DNA of 49,053 nt. Source: an uncultured bacterium (GTDB taxonomy: Bacteria; Aquificota; Aquificia; Desulfurobacteriales; Desulfurobacteriaceae). The notes beneath the pieces were generated by a model. That model searched no databases. It saw only the letters and a program-made list of their open reading frames with translations, and was not told the DNA's origin. A program made the position numbers and the translations under genes. The stretch spans positions 1-49,053 of the forward strand of contig CAZJFY010000001.1 of the NCBI GenBank assembly GCA_964545225.1, in the 5' to 3' direction. Position 1 is the first letter of the stretch. The number at the start of each line of letters is the position of its first letter. Of this stretch, positions 48,739 through 49,053 are shown in pieces.

Positions 48739-49053
48739 ATGCTTGTTATCGAAGGGCCCCCTCGCGAAGAAGGTTACGGATTCTTCAAAGGAGTGATTAA
48801 AAAGGTTTTTAAGGCAGTTAACAAAGTAAGTCCAGTCCTCACAATAGGTAGTTCATTCCTAACTGGGGGACTTACTACTGGTTTTCTAGCTAAACAAGCT
48901 GGAGCGGCTGCAGCAAAAACTGCCATCAAATCCAGTATCTCCCATAAGCCAACAATTATCACTAAACCTAGTATACCTCATAAGCCAATAATTACTGCTC
49001 CACCTCATAAACCTTCCACACCTCATAAGCTAATAGTTAGTCCACCTCATAAA
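48739..49053 (+). CDS. N-terminal part of a tail-anchored membrane protein (3' truncated by the window end, continues at nt 1 if circular)
   Basis: AAGGGAGG SD. ATG 48739 lies 31 nt after the TTTGTTATAAT promoter. Open for exactly 105 codons to the window end. 'GYGFFKGVIKKVFKAV' is paralogous to 28582..29193. 'PHKP' repeats. Confidence 0.7.
   Translation, partial: MLVIEGPPREEGYGFFKGVIKKVFKAVNKVSPVLTIGSSFLTGGLTTGFLAKQAGAAAAKTAIKSSISHKPTIITKPSIPHKPIITAPPHKPSTPHKLIVSPPHK
48940..49053 (+). repeat. Degenerate PHKP-type octapeptide repeats (coding)
   Basis: 'SHKPTIITKPSIPHKPIITAPPHKPSTPHKLIVSPPHK'. The DNA unit cctcataa(g/a)cc recurs. Confidence 0.7.

Larger units (their letters stand above)
1..49053. 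mobile_element. Integrase-encoding virus-like element, probably a complete circular/circularly permuted genome
   Basis: Tyrosine recombinase, orphan MTase, tail-fibre collar domains and cell-wall hydrolase/binding domains. Near-unidirectional tightly coupled ORFs. The window ends join in frame into one gene. Confidence 0.55.

Noticed and set aside
1-49053. CRISPR array, rRNA/tRNA genes, IS/transposase, reverse transcriptase/DGR, toxin-antitoxin or known defence cassette
   Set aside because: No spaced direct repeats, no structured-RNA signatures, and no DDE, RT (YxDD) or nuclease motifs were recognised in any frame by eye.

Overview
The window reads as one densely packed, almost unidirectional, virus-like mobile element of a peptidoglycan-containing bacterium. 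I call about 53 protein genes. Most have strong GGAGG-type Shine-Dalgarno sites and many show ATGA/TAATG start-stop coupling. No rRNA, tRNA or CRISPR array was seen.

Recognisable genes:
- an SLT-family lytic transglycosylase with an N-terminal TM anchor, followed by a holin-like membrane protein
- three paralogous PG_binding_1 proteins anchored by a C-terminal TM helix
- a transglutaminase-like cysteine protease
- an orphan beta-class SPPY (N4C/N6A) DNA methyltransferase
- a tyrosine recombinase (integrase)
- two proteins with a P2-gpH-like tail-fibre collar N-domain
- a five-member paralog family of 525-621 aa proteins ending in a bacterial Ig-like domain

Everything else is unrecognisable, including a 2,047-aa helical giant and a 915-aa Ser/Phe/Tyr-rich protein. 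By eye I found no Walker-A P-loop in any ORF, and no terminase, portal, recognisable capsid-fold hallmark, polymerase, primase or Rep.

The two window ends join in frame into a single gene whose halves match the two halves of an internal paralog. The 49,053 bp are therefore probably a complete circular or circularly permuted genome.

Transcription appears organised by an identical 11-mer, TTTGTTATAAT (an extended -10), found at four gene boundaries. There is also a perfect 22-bp palindrome carrying two overlapping divergent TGCTATAAT promoters, and one canonical TTGACT-17-TAAAAT promoter for the methyltransferase.

At least a dozen small TM proteins, many of them tail-anchored, together with the cell-wall-targeting domains suggest a membrane-containing or otherwise non-canonical virion. 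That is inference only.
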